DNA of 63,371 bases, filler included, from Reticulomyxa filosa (taxonomy: Eukaryota; Protista; Foraminifera): assembly GCA_000512085.1 (NCBI GenBank). It is 22 parts of 22 records of this genome, joined end to end, with 100 filler letters (N's around TTAATTAATTAA, not from the genome) between each part and the next. Parts side by side here need not be neighbours in the genome. Positions count along the whole stretch, not along the records: positions 12,476 to 21,636 come from ASPP01018917.1; positions 21,737 to 23,842 come from ASPP01002732.1; positions 23,943 to 26,781 come from ASPP01024429.1; positions 26,882 to 31,810 come from ASPP01013513.1; 18 more parts are not named here. One strand, written 5' to 3'. Below, one piece after another: positions 14,131-27,032 of the stretch. The position numbers and the translations under genes were made by a program. The notes below the pieces were generated by a model. The model saw only the letters and a program-made list of their open reading frames with translations. It was not told where the DNA came from and searched no databases. Within the stretch, counting starts at the first letter, position 1. Every line of letters begins with the position of its first letter.

Positions 14131-15750
14131 AAAACAAAAGAATTAATTAACATCTTAACTTTATATGAAAAAATAGAAATGGAAATACTCTAGCGAGAGT
14201 AAAAAACGGAACAATGTTTCCTTTTAAAACTATTCAAAATATTCAAAAAAACGAAAATAAAATGGGAGAAGCTAAAAATCAATTGAAAATAGATAAACTA
14301 AAAGAATGGAAAATAAATTGCAAAGATGAAGATAAAATATAGCTGGATAACATGTATTATCTTGATATTTGGAGTTACGATGGCAAATTTGATGAAATGA
14401 AAAAAAAGTATATATTGATATGCATTATATTACAAAGATTATTGAATTACTAGATAATAAACAATAATTAAAGGTTAACTTTATATTTTTGATAATGGTG
14501 AAAGATCTACAAAAGAGCATTCATATGAAATTGACTTGGAACATAACCAACCAAAGCAACTGATCGTGCTGTTCCTTAGTGATGAATATAAACACGAAAT
14601 AAGTAAACTCGAAACAAACTCCAAAGAAATATCTAAAAAGATGATTGATGTAGAAACAAAGATCATGGAGTTAGAAGAAAATTGTTGTGTGTCGAAGCAA
14701 CTAATCTAACTGCTATGAAGAGCTGATAAGAAACTTGAAGTCGCATAAAGAACAACTACTAGGAAAAGTGATACACATCAAAAAAAAATACTTACAAACG
14801 AATTCTATGGACTATAAAAATATCGAACATACTATACAAAGTGTTGAACAATATATTTACTCGACAGTCCACAATAATGAAAAACAAAAAAAGCTGCAAC
14901 AATTATTGAAGATAACGCCTATTCAACAAAACTAAAAAATGTTAGACACTTTCGACACATCAATAAATATACAATTTGCAAATAAACAAAACGATATACC
15001 ATCAGTTATACAAACCGTTAATATACTACTTTCCACAGAACAGAACATTATTGAACCAATTGTCATTTGTTTAAAAGATATTTTTATTAAAAAAAGAGAA
15101 GATATTGACAATAAAATTGTTAGAGTGAAATGGAAGGTAAAAGCTAATAAACAATGGGACAACTATCGTTATTATTCGTGTCAATTGGAATGACTACATG
15201 TAATGAAAACGACGATAATACAACAAATATCGACTCGAAATGGTCGTTAATAAAAGAAGTTTCATAACTAGTGAGACCATTGAATAATTAATGGAGAACA
15301 AAACTTATTCAAATGGGAAAAATCTTATAAATTAAGGTTGCGAATTTACTGTACATTAGAACATTCATTCAGTCCATATTCAACAATCTGAACTTTCACC
15401 ATGAAATGGAAAAAGAAGATTGGAATAAGCATTTTGAGATTTGAAACAATTGGCGGGAATATTCAATACGCACGAATGTCTAAGTGAATAAAGTGAATGA
15501 AAGCAAACAACGTCAGGTGAAAACAAAAAAACATAGATCAAACACCTGAGACAGAAGTGTGTAGTAATATTCATAGCGAATTCAGTAACGAGTTATTTGG
15601 ATTACAGAACAAAGAAAAAGCTTACAAAGAAGATAAATGTAATCTCAACATAGAAAATTCTGATGTAGATGTGGAAATAGAAGTGAGTGAATAGAAAGTG
15701 ATTCAGGGGATTTAGGAGGACGACGTGAAGCAAATATGATTTTTTCACAG

Positions 15751-18700
15751 ACAAATGAATGGGAGACAATGTAAATAGTGTCATTATATATACAAATCAA
15801 TAAAGCAAACAACAAGATTCAAAACAAATTCAATTATATTTTGTTTTCCAGAATGTGGTATGCTTTGGCGCGGAACTCACTGTCGATGAATCCATTTTGT
15901 CTTTTACTTATGGTGCCAGGTTTTCGCCATGATTGATAAGTAATTGAGGGAAGTTTCAATCTCAGAGAAGCTTTTTTCCCAAGCGGCAACGTTAAATGCT
16001 GAAAGCATATTTTCCTTGTACGTCTGCAGCATCTCGGGCGTGGGATTCTTTGCAAGTAGCTTCATACTTAAGATGGCCATGGTAACGATAGCATTCTTTT
16101 TCTTTTGGGATAAGAAATAGCTTTCTTTTGAGGCAAGACTTCTTTGGTATTGTGCGACGTGTAAATCGGTCTTGACCATTTTTCCACTTGCACCAATAAA
16201 TTCTTTGGCTAATGCAGTATTTATTGGTGGCATAGTAAAATTAATAATACCATTAGGAATTTGATTATTAAAAATAAAATAATTTTTAATTTCTTCGTAC
16301 ATGGATTTTTTAATTTCTTCGTAGTCGTTGGTACAAATATTATGATTGAGCTTGGGATATCTCTTTAATTTTTCCACCAATTCTTGAACTTCTTTAATCA
16401 ATATCAATAATTGAAGAATGAAATATAAATTAGTTTGGATTACGATATATCGCATCATAAGACTTTTCATATATCTTTCCAACACTTTAAGAGCATTTAC
16501 AATCTTTCTGTAATCTTGGATGATGACTTGACACTGTTTTATAATATTTTTTCCTTGTTTATTTGTTCTACATTTGCTTCGTCGGTCTATAAAATTTTGC
16601 TTTCGGCAAGCGCAATATTTTTTTCCGAATCTTCAATTTCTTGAATTTTTTCTTGCATTGCTTTTGTATTTTCTTGTAAATATTTTTTTGCTTGCAGGTA
16701 TCGTTTTGCAGCACGAAAGAAATCTTGCCTTAATAGGCTAGTTCCTTCGATGAGCGGCAAACGAAGCAATACATCGAATGATAGTCCTTCTATCATTCCA
16801 GCGTTCGCATTTTGTTTGTGAGATTCGCGTTTGATAAATGATAATGATTCTGATCATGGTTGTGTGGTGTGGATGAAAGGTATAAGTTATTTGATTCCAT
16901 TTGCGTTTTCGATTGCCGATAATTGGACTGGTAAATGACTCGGAGCCTCAATTGGATTGGACTCACATTTTCACATAATGGAATTGGTGTCTTGATCGAC
17001 CGCAACAATGAGACCTGCTGATGATTCTCTTCACGACGGGTTCAACAATTACCGGGTTGGGAGCATTAATAACCGGGGTAGAATGTTGGATGACAAGAGG
17101 CAGGCTACGCTGAAAGTCAATATTACGCTGCGTTGCATAGAATGATTCGGCTTGGTCGATGTCAACTTTCGGAGTTGAACATGGGGTTGATATGTCGTTG
17201 ACTGGAACAATGTTATCAGTTTCTAAGGTGCGTGTTACATCTCGAACAATTACATTCGCCACGTCTTTTGTCTGGATCTTTTTGTCTTTCGCATCACAGC
17301 GCCTCCTCTGCGATAGCATTTGATCGGTTTGGTCCCTACGATTACGCATTTGGGGGTTTTACACTTTTGAGTCCTTGTCACGATTGGTGATATTCATATA
17401 ACGAGAATTTGTGTTTCTGGAGGGGAGCCTTCTAGTGGCCGGATTTGAGACCACAAGGTCCGTGTCTGAGCCAACGGGACTTGTCTCGAAGTGAACGTGC
17501 TCAGTAGGATCCCACTTGTCATTCTAGACACTCATTGCCCTTGTCTCTAGGGCGCTCCGGGCTTGGTAGCACAACTTGCTGGTTCGATTGCGACGAATAG
17601 CACGGCTGTTGGTTTCTGGTGAATGGCTGTACCGGTTGTGGATCATTACTTTCCGACGTTGACTGAGGATTTTTCTTGGCGGCCCCAGAATGCGATTGTT
17701 CCACGACATTGGCACAACTTGTAACGATCAGACCATCTGTGACGTTGCTGCGATTCTCAACAGGTACGGCCAATTGGATTGAATGGTTTGCTTTGGTATC
17801 ACTACGATTGGAGTTTGCCTCTTCGACTTTACTTTTTTCAAATTGATGTTGTTGTTGCTGCTGGGGGCTCCCGCAAGACAAAGTGTCAATGGGTTGATTG
17901 ACAGTAGGTGTTCTCTTGTCAATTTCTTCACCCAAAACTTGGAAGTTCCATTGAATTGGTGTGGGAAAGGCAATTGGTGCGTACAATGGATGGGACTTAA
18001 TTGTTTTTGGATCTTGGAGTCTTTATATTTCCATCTGATCATTGCAGCCTGTGGTCAGCCTGCTTTCTCTTTCTACATCTCTTGGTAGGTTTGTGGGGGG
18101 TGCTCCAACTGAATGATTGGCTAAGGCACTTTCGTTTTCATGTTTCACTTCTCCGGCCATTCCTCAATCCTTTCGATACAATGACGGTGATGATCGTGTT
18201 GGGGCGGTGCATGCGACTCGACAATGACAGAGGGCAACAAAATTGTGTCATTTGCTGCTTTGATTACGCTGTTGTCTGTTTCTACTTGAAATGATCATAT
18301 CTCGGTCTCTACAACCCTTGGCCCATCCGTGGGGTCAATCTTCTTTACAGCTTGAAAATTCCATTTAATTGGTTTCGGGATTGCGGCTGGGACATACGAT
18401 GATACCAATGCGACTACGTCACTACGTATACAATTTTGCCTCGAAGTCGGACTTGTCTGACTTATCTCGTCTTGATCCTTCTTTTGATGATCCGTGAGCG
18501 CCCGAAATTGATCAATTGTATGCGACTGTGTGGATGTGGACTAGGTTACTGAGATTGGCTTATGCTGGTTGAACCTCGCTGGTTGGCAACTTGGCTCATT
18601 GATGATTGATTGCGTCTGTAACGATTGGGGGGCTGGTGTAGCCTGTGAATGAAATACTTCGTTCAAATTTTCAAGGAAAATGTCTCCATGCGTCGCTTGT

Positions 18701-21083
18701 GTCAATCTCCCCGAATGCTCCATATATTCCGCCATTTGATTAACATTTCTTTCCGATGGGCCTTTCGATGTGCTCTGGACAAAAAATTTCTGTTCGCACT
18801 TCCATTCACTGCTTCGGGTGACTGGCAAACCGCTTATATCTACTGCCCCTTGCTGGTCCGAGGAGACTGCTGCAATTGTTGTGTTAAGGATAGATTGATC
18901 GAGTTTGGCCCCCACTTCACCATTTTCTTTTGAGTGTGGACATCTTGATGTCGTAATTCGTACGTATTGGTTTCCACGAGGGGTAATCCATTTTTGTTTG
19001 CCTTGGTTTTGGTCCCGTTGCTGATCACAACCATTTGGGAGGAGGAGCGTTCATGGGCCTCCGCAACTTTTGGGCTTTCCATGCATTTGGTTTGCTCCAG
19101 GACTTGAAAGTTCCACTTGACTTGCTCCGGTGGTGCGTTTAACCCCTTCAACAAAATACACGCTTCGTCACGTATACTATTCCGGTCCAAAACTAGGTTT
19201 TCCGGCCTTTTCACGATTTGGTCCCCCTTTTGGTACGTTTCGCATTCCATTTGCTTGCTTGTTAGATGCAACTGCTTGGTCGCGGTTTGAATTGCTGAAC
19301 TTAGGATGGACTGAACGAGTACTTCAGGCAAGCAACAAGGCTCCTTAACGGACAATTTTGTCTTCTCCAATTGTGCCTTGTCCCCCAATACATTATGATT
19401 TCCCTTCACTGGATAGGACACTGCTGTATTCTGAATTCGCTGCTTTTGAACTATCGTTACTTCCCCCCATCGTTTACTGGCACAGTTCTTTCTTCCATTT
19501 CGTCTTGGGGGTCCACGATTGCTATTGCAATTGGTTTGGTCTCCAATTGTGTTTGATAAAGAGTCGAAGCGGCCTTTGGGCCACGTGATGTTGAATTCCC
19601 CTGTGGTGGGTGACAAGTGAGGGGCTCCCTTGTTGCTCCAATGCTATCGCTGTGCTTGACGGGACGTTGACTTGTTGAACTTGACTGTGATGTTTGAGAC
19701 GGCCGAGTGTGAGGGGGACAATCAAGTTGCGGTTGGACGTGTCTTTCCTGGCCTTTCTTGTGAAGTGTCCTTTTCGTTCGCTGGTGTGGGGGAGTTGTTG
19801 ATTGTTTGCTTTTTCCCTCTGAAAGAACCATGCTGGGTCATTGTTGATAGTTTCTGGTTTGCCTACGATCTTTTTGCATTGGGGTGTGCTGACCCTTCCG
19901 TGTTACTTTTCTTTTGGAGGTATTGTCACTGCATTTCGGTATCTCTTTCAGTTCTTGAGGGTTTCCACTCGCCTTGTTGCGGTGCCCTGTCCCCATGTTG
20001 GTGATATCACTAATTCGACTCCCGCTATTGAGGATGACGGTTGTGCAATCTTGGAGGGGGGCTATCTGCAACTTACCTCTACGGGGGGTTTTAAACTTGC
20101 ACTGATGATTGTCGCTCAACTGAAACTTTATTTCCGGGGTCCTGTCTGAACTTTCGCTAATATCTTTTTCCATTGGCTTCCTCACTTCCAACAATCCGTG
20201 GGTATCCAAAAATTTATTTTTTTTGCCAACTTCTTCGACACTTGCATCTTTTTCTCCTTTGTCTTTTTCTTGGCTTCTCAATTACTTTACTAGCGTTTCC
20301 TTGTTCCATCTCAACCCGATCAACTCTTGCATGATTGTTTTCTGGAAGGACTTCCGGAGCGGTGCCCACTTTCTGTAACGGCTTTTTTTCCTTGGACCAC
20401 TCACTTTGTGTGTCTTCTGGCCGTTCTTGTTCTGCTCCGTTTTCCATACTTGTCTTCCCCCTGATACTCTGCGGGAAACCCATTGTTCGCCTTTTTGGTC
20501 CGGTTTTTCGCATCTTGCTTGCTCGACAATTCTTTTCCTTCGTTCAAGGGTGTGACTAAGTTTTTCAATTGTCAATACTAGCTTTGCGTTTTCCATTGAT
20601 AAATCGTCTCCATTTTTTTCAGCTACTTTGATTTGACTTTCAACCTCTACCTTTGCGTTCTCTATTGTGGTATTGTCACCACTTTTTTTCACTACTTTAC
20701 TTTGATTTTCAACCACTTCCATTGATTGAGCTGGTTTCCCCATTGCCTGCCTTGAACCTGATTCTCCAAAGCCTGGCTCTGACACTGACACTTTTACCAC
20801 TTGATGTTTTTCTAACACTTACTACTTGATAAAAAAGGACTTATACCACTTATCTTGCCACTGTTTACCGCTAACAATGGTCTGTCTTCGATTTTGTGAG
20901 TATTTTCCTTGTCTTCTTCCGGTCCACCCACTTCTGCCCAGTCGTTCGCGGGCACGGCATCTACCCTGTTGTATACTTTCTGGTCAACTGTTTTGACTTT
21001 CGCAATATCAGTTCGTAAATTTAATGGTGAACTTTCAAATCATTAATGAGATTCCGGGGTGCAATAAAGCGATCTTCTTTGAC
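15751..21083 (-). mobile_element. GC-richer intron-free block carrying a fragmented, very long low-complexity ORF with a helical C-terminus; candidate inserted element
   Basis: Chain of overlapping minus-strand ORFs from ~21030 to ~15900. Visibly higher GC than flanks, no poly-A/T intron tracts, internal peptide repeats. No RT, integrase or transposase motif recognised. Confidence 0.5.
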
Positions 21084-21636
21084 AGTACACTGACTGTAAA
21101 ATGGTATACTCATAGATTGAAAAATAGGTTTATTTTTTATTATAAAGATTTAAGTTGAGGAAGAAGGTTTTTCTTATGCAATCGATGATGGCGAATCTCG
21201 CTAAACAAGTTTTAAAAACATTTAAACTTGTGGGCCTATATAAAAACGCGTTCCATGATGTTGATGATTTTTGTGATATTGTTATCGTGATATATGTATG
21301 ATTAATACTGACAAAAATTTTTTGATAGTTGAAGCAATATCTTTTGATTTCTTATAGAACAAGACGTCCTAAATCCAAATCTGAAATCGGGAAGTTTCTA
21401 CGATGAATAGATAGTGAGCATTGCTCAATTTCCCATTAAGCTATAAAATATGATTTTTTCATAGTACACTGACTGTAAAATGGTATACTCATAGATTGAA
21501 AAATAGGTTTATTTTTTATTATAAAGATTTAAGTTGAGGAAGAAGGTTTTTCTTATGCAATCGATGATGGCGAATCTCGCTAAACAAGTTTTAAAAACAT
21601 TTAAACTTGTGGGCCTATATAAAAACGCGTTCCATG
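21084..21636. repeat. Tandem repeat with 379-bp period (21084-21257 identical to 21463-21636), cut by the contig end
   Basis: Exact 174-bp duplication from agtacactgactgtaaaatgg to aaaacgcgttccatg. Confidence 0.92.
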
Positions 21637-21736
21637 NNNNNNNNNNNNNNNNNNNNNNNNNNNNNNNNNNNNNNNNNNNNTTAATTAATTAANNNNNNNN
21701 NNNNNNNNNNNNNNNNNNNNNNNNNNNNNNNNNNNN

Positions 21737-22431
21737 TTGATTTTTTCAATGAAAAAATAACACTTAATAAAATTTTTTTGAAAAAATATCTACGAATTAT
21801 GTGGTTTTTAAATATCACTTTGATTTTTTATCTTCTTTCGAAATTTTTTCAAAAATTTGAATCTTTCATTTGTTTTTTGAAACTTTCGAGAAAAAGTTAA
21901 CAATCACGTTTTCTCATATACATTGTGAAAAATATTTTTTTGCGTTTTTGTTTTTTTTTCATTTGTTTTAACTTTCTTTATATTTTTATGAAGTTTATTG
22001 ACATTTTCCTTGTTTTGGTATTTGATGTTTTTTTGGTTTATTTATTTTTTTTTGCTGCTTTAACTACTTTGTGATATTGTTTTTTGAGTTTTTTTGTGTT
22101 ATATCTTATTTGTTTGTGCAAGTTTCAAAAAAGATACTTAATAAACCTCAAACAACAAATGAAAAAATAACAAAAACAATTAGCATCAATAAAAAATATA
22201 AAATATCTCTAAAAGCTAAAATTAAAAATAAAACAAATAGCAAGCTTAAATTTGCAAAAAGGGGTGGAGGAAAAAATTTCGGAAGATAAAATAAAAAACA
22301 AAAATGATATTTAAAAACTACGCGATTCGTGATGTTTTTTAAAAAATTTGATTAAGTGCTGTTTTTTCATTGAGAAAATCAATCATCTTCATAAGGTGCC
22401 ATTTTAGGTGTCAACTTTCTTTATTCTACTG
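21737..22431. mobile_element. Foldback/MITE (family A) with long imperfect inverted arms and a Tc1-like terminus
   Basis: 21737-21850 is the reverse complement of ~22270-22382; T-rich left half and A-rich right half; ends ...ttattctactg|ta. Related pieces at ~700-760, ~7281-7310 and ~44940-45000. Confidence 0.75.
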
Positions 22432-22639
22432 TATAAAATTCACAAGAAAATTAAAAATGGCGTGCTGGCATTGCATCTATTGTTTAGATTATGAATTAAC
22501 AGTTGGAATCTATATATAAATCTATCACAAACTAAAGAAAAATAAAAAATTAAAAAATTTACACCAAATAAAATTACAAAACAAAGTTTAGTTAAAAAAA
22601 AAGAAATTTAAGGGCATTAATTAAAGTTCAAATTATTTT

Positions 22640-23672
22640 ATGCAAAAAGATGAGTACTACCAAGAAAAATAAACCATTACTACTAATGAAAAAAGTATTG
22701 TCACCAGTAATAGAAGCAAGACTGCTACAATTACCAATAAAACTATACTAAGTTTTCATATTTATTGAATCAAAGCAAGACGTTTTGTATTGTACCAATA
22801 AGACCAAATCTTTTACGTATTGCGAATTTTAAACGGGCATAATAACAATCTATATAATGCAAGATTTTCATCAAATAATCGCATGGTTATTTCAGCATCG
22901 TCCGACAGAATAATTCGGATATGGGATGTTAAATCAGGGAAACAACTTCAACTATTTAGACAATCAACTGGTTTCTTTATTACAGAATTTTCACTAGATG
23001 GAAATACAGCTGTTTTGGGTTCAGTTACAAACCTTCAATTATGAACTTGGAAAGAAGACACAATAAGAGAATTAAAAGGACATTTTGATGCAGTGATGGA
23101 TGCAAATTTTTCTCCAGATGGTAAATATCTTGTGTCAGGTTCAGTTGACAATACTATACGATTATGATATACATTCTGGAAAAGAAACACAAAAAATAAC
23201 TGGTCATATAAACATTGTACAGAGTACACAATTTTTACATGACGGTCAAATGATAGTATCGTGTTCTAATGACCGCACAGTTACTCTATGGAATGTAAAA
23301 TCAGGCAAAGATTGAAAGTATTACACGAACATTTCGGCACCATATTGCGTGTAAGGTTTTCCTCAGACGACAAATTTATTGTATCATTTCCGAGGATAAC
23401 ACAATTCAATCTGTGATATGAAAACAGGAAAGCAATTAAAAATATTGAAAGGGAATTTATATATTGTATTTGATGTGAAGTATTTTTCAGACAGTCAAAT
23501 TATTGTATCATGTGCAGGAGATAAAACCATTTGTGTATGGAATATAACATCGAGAAAAGAAGTACAAAGATTAAAAGAGCATTTTGGAGTGGTTACAGGG
23601 ATAGATGTTTCATCACATGATGAAACAATTGTATCATGTTCGAATGGCAAAACAATTCGAATCTGGGAATAA
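22640..23672 (+). pseudogene. WD40-repeat pseudogene
   Basis: GH..FS.DG..IVS.S.D.TIRIWD repeats split over several frames, with in-frame stops replacing Trp codons. Confidence 0.88.
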
Positions 23673-23942
23673 AAGTTATGAACAAAAGTAAGGATTTTTT
23701 TAAAAAAACAAAATTGCGCTGTTGTATTTTGAGAAACCTCAAAAAAAAAGATCTTCTTTATAGCATTAAATATATTCTGAACTTTCAAAATAGTGTTGAC
23801 TATGATCATGTTGTTGTGTAATACAACGAATATTGCAATTTTNNNNNNNNNNNNNNNNNNNNNNNNNNNNNNNNNNNNNNNNNNNNTTAATTAATTAANN
23901 NNNNNNNNNNNNNNNNNNNNNNNNNNNNNNNNNNNNNNNNNN

Positions 23943-26781
23943 AAATTACAAAGGTAAATGCTCTTTCCATCCATTTCAACATACTCTTGTCTTGGTCGAG
24001 AGTATCAAAATTAGTAATAATATTCCTTTGATACTTATCAAACGTATTTTCCAAGCTCTCACAAGCTTGCTTAAAGTATCGATCCAAATCGATTTTCCCT
24101 TTCAACGTTTTGATAAAGCGAACCAATTCGGCAAAGGTATCGAGCGCCCCTGCTGTATCCTCTTCCACCCATTGCTTGTCCATTCGTGAAATAATGCCTT
24201 CCATTATTTTGTTCACACCAAATTCAATACTCGTCCTTTGATTGGAAGTGCTACGATTAAATAAGTCATATATCTCTTGTGCATTCCCTTTTTGAATCAC
24301 CTGGTTTACTTCTTTCAAAATATTTTCGAGTTCATACTTTACGTCTTCATTGCATTGTTTGATCTCATCCCCAAATATTTCTTGCATGTGTTTGGGCAAC
24401 GAATTCAGCACTGATTCACAAACTCGGATACGTGTCTCCAATTTCCGCGAATCTAATTCTTTAACTTGTTTGCGAATCTCCAGCAATTGCTCTCGGACTT
24501 TTTGGGTAATGTCCTCTTCAATTGCATCCCATGACTCTTTGTAATTATACGTGGAGGCAGTATGCATCACTTTTTCCAATTTGGTATACAGATTCTTGGG
24601 TGGATTGGAAGCATATGGGTTAAAATCAGATGTCTTTAAATTAATCTTTTTATATTTTTCGATAACTTCTTCCAATACTTTTTGCAGTTGTCGTTCCAAT
24701 TGATCGATACTATTGGAAATTTTGTCGGTTTCTTCCTTCGTCTTTTCTTCTTTGTTGTCATCAAAGGAAGTTTGCTCGAAACGGTTCCCTAAAATGCGAG
24801 TAAATTTTCGGATCAGTTTGATCTTCTCCTCTGCCTCCCAAAAATTGCAGGATTTGATAGCAGCTTTCACAGTCGCCACCACTTTGAGCACCCATTTTGC
24901 AATTGATGATTTCGTTTCAGACTCTATCCTTTCGATTTCTCTTTTAGTATTATTATCTACGTATTCAAACACAAAATTTTTGGCATCTTCGATAGCCTGA
25001 AATTGTGCCTCCAATTTGAATACTTCATCTAAATCCACTTCATTGTCTCCCAGCTTCACCATCTTCATCATTGTGTTTTTGGCTAATCCTTTCAACGAAC
25101 GCGACAGAGAGCTTTTGAGCTCCTCAAGTACTCTTTTCCGCTTGCTCATCTCCATCTTTGCGTTGATTGATTTTGGACATTTCTGCAGCGACATTAATGT
25201 AACGATGCTCTTCCATGGCTTTTAACACTTTGCCAGTGTCGATCACATTATTAAATAGAGCCTCTTGATACGTCAAAAATAAATTACGAAATTTACAATC
25301 GGGCTTGGCATAATCATCCAACATAATCAATGCCTTGGTTGCTGATATTCTATTATTTAATGCCTGAAAGTTGCTCTGCTTTGCATATTTCATCATTTCA
25401 TTGGATAAATTAAACCAGATTTTTTCAAGTTTGCCGAGAAATTGTTTTATCATGTCTTGTGGAAAAAATGCAAAAATTACAGGATGAATCTTTTTTAATT
25501 TATTTATTTCATTTAATCGATTCACAATTGTTTCCACTTTTTCCATAAATTCATTTGCATTTGTTTTGGATGTTGACGAGATTTCCGTATAATCCAATGA
25601 TCGGAGTTGACTTTGAACAAATTCACCGTAACATTGCAAATAATGCTCCACCAAATGCAGTGCTGCAACAAGATCTTGTTTCAACGTACTTTGTCTTTTT
25701 TCTCCTCTTTGGTCACTGGCTGCTACAATGTCTGTAAAAGAAAAGGGAGCCGCTTTGCATTCTTTCAAATAATGTAATATCTTTTCCGTTCTTGATGGAT
25801 TCAATATGTCAAACACATGGCTCACTCCTTTGGCACTGCTAATTTCTCTTTCGTATTTTTGGATCGTTTCAAAAAGAAAGGTTTCATCATTGATCAATTC
25901 TAAAATCTCAGAGTCTGAAAAATCTCGATTCTTTAAAAATTTGGAGGTAGTTTCCAATATCACACTTTCTTTTTCTTTTTGATATTCTTTTTGAATTTCT
26001 TGATATTTTTTCAACTCTCTTTTCAATTCTTCCATTTCTTTGTTTTGACTTTTTTCCAATTCTCCCACTTGCTTTTTCAATTTGTCAAGTATTTCCTCTT
26101 CTTCTTCTTCTTTATTTTTTATATCTTCAATGGATTGGTATCCTTGCTCTTTCAAATAATCAATCGCTTTTGTCGGATCTCTAAAAATTAACCAACTCGA
26201 ATTCAATCCTTGGTAATGCTGAATAATATCTTTCAATCTCGAAATACTGTCCTCCACCCTCTGGATTTCATGGTCAGAGCCCCTACTTTTTTCTTGAAAG
26301 GAGCGCTCACTCACTCTTAATTTGTTTTCAGTGGACTGAATCTGCGACTTCAAATCTTGTACATCTTTTAACTCCTTGTCTTGTGACCATTTCTTGGAAT
26401 TTTTGATGCATTCTTTTAATTTCTCCAATTGTCCTTTAATCTCTTTTTGATAACGCACATTTCTTTTTTCCAATGAAAATTCATGCTCGATTGTGGACAC
26501 TGTCGCTCGAATAGCATATTCAATTTTCATTCCGACTTCTTTGGAATGATCTGCAATTTCTGGAATGATTGACTCTAACCTACTTAATTTCTCCAGATGC
26601 TCAACTATCTTGCGACCTTGCTCCAAATGATCTGGATGATCAATATCCAATTCTAAACATTTACTCGACTGTTTCAATTCACATAGATGCAACATCAATT
26701 TTTCTTTGATTGCGCCCATTAAATTATCGCCTCTTTCTTCTTGACGCTCCTCAATCCATTTGGATCGATGCATACAACTTA
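23943..26781 (-). CDS. Internal fragment of a giant alpha-helical/coiled-coil protein (one frameshift near 25140)
   Basis: 549-aa and ~420-aa ORFs overlap at a short homopolymer; open at both contig ends; no introns over 2.8 kb; K/E-rich heptads. Confidence 0.75.
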
Positions 26782-26885
26782 NNNNNNNNNNNNNNNNNNN
26801 NNNNNNNNNNNNNNNNNNNNNNNNNTTAATTAATTAANNNNNNNNNNNNNNNNNNNNNNNNNNNNNNNNNNNNNNNNNNNNAAAA

Positions 26886-26927
<42 letters not shown>

Positions 26928-27032
26928 AAAAGAACAATGAAAAATCAATAAAAACATTTAATAAAAATATATACGTATATATTTTTTATTAAGTGCTTTT
27001 ATGTGTACATATTAATAGATGTTCATTTATTT

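Noticed and set aside
15380-15574. MNITTH...SPDVVCF as the start of a LINE APE endonuclease
   Set aside because: The key N and QE residues are missing and no RT follows; the resemblance is superficial.
16500-16600. Stop-codon reassignment
   Set aside because: Intact genes end in TAA or TAG (and probably TGA) and have no internal stops; broken ORFs are explained by indels.
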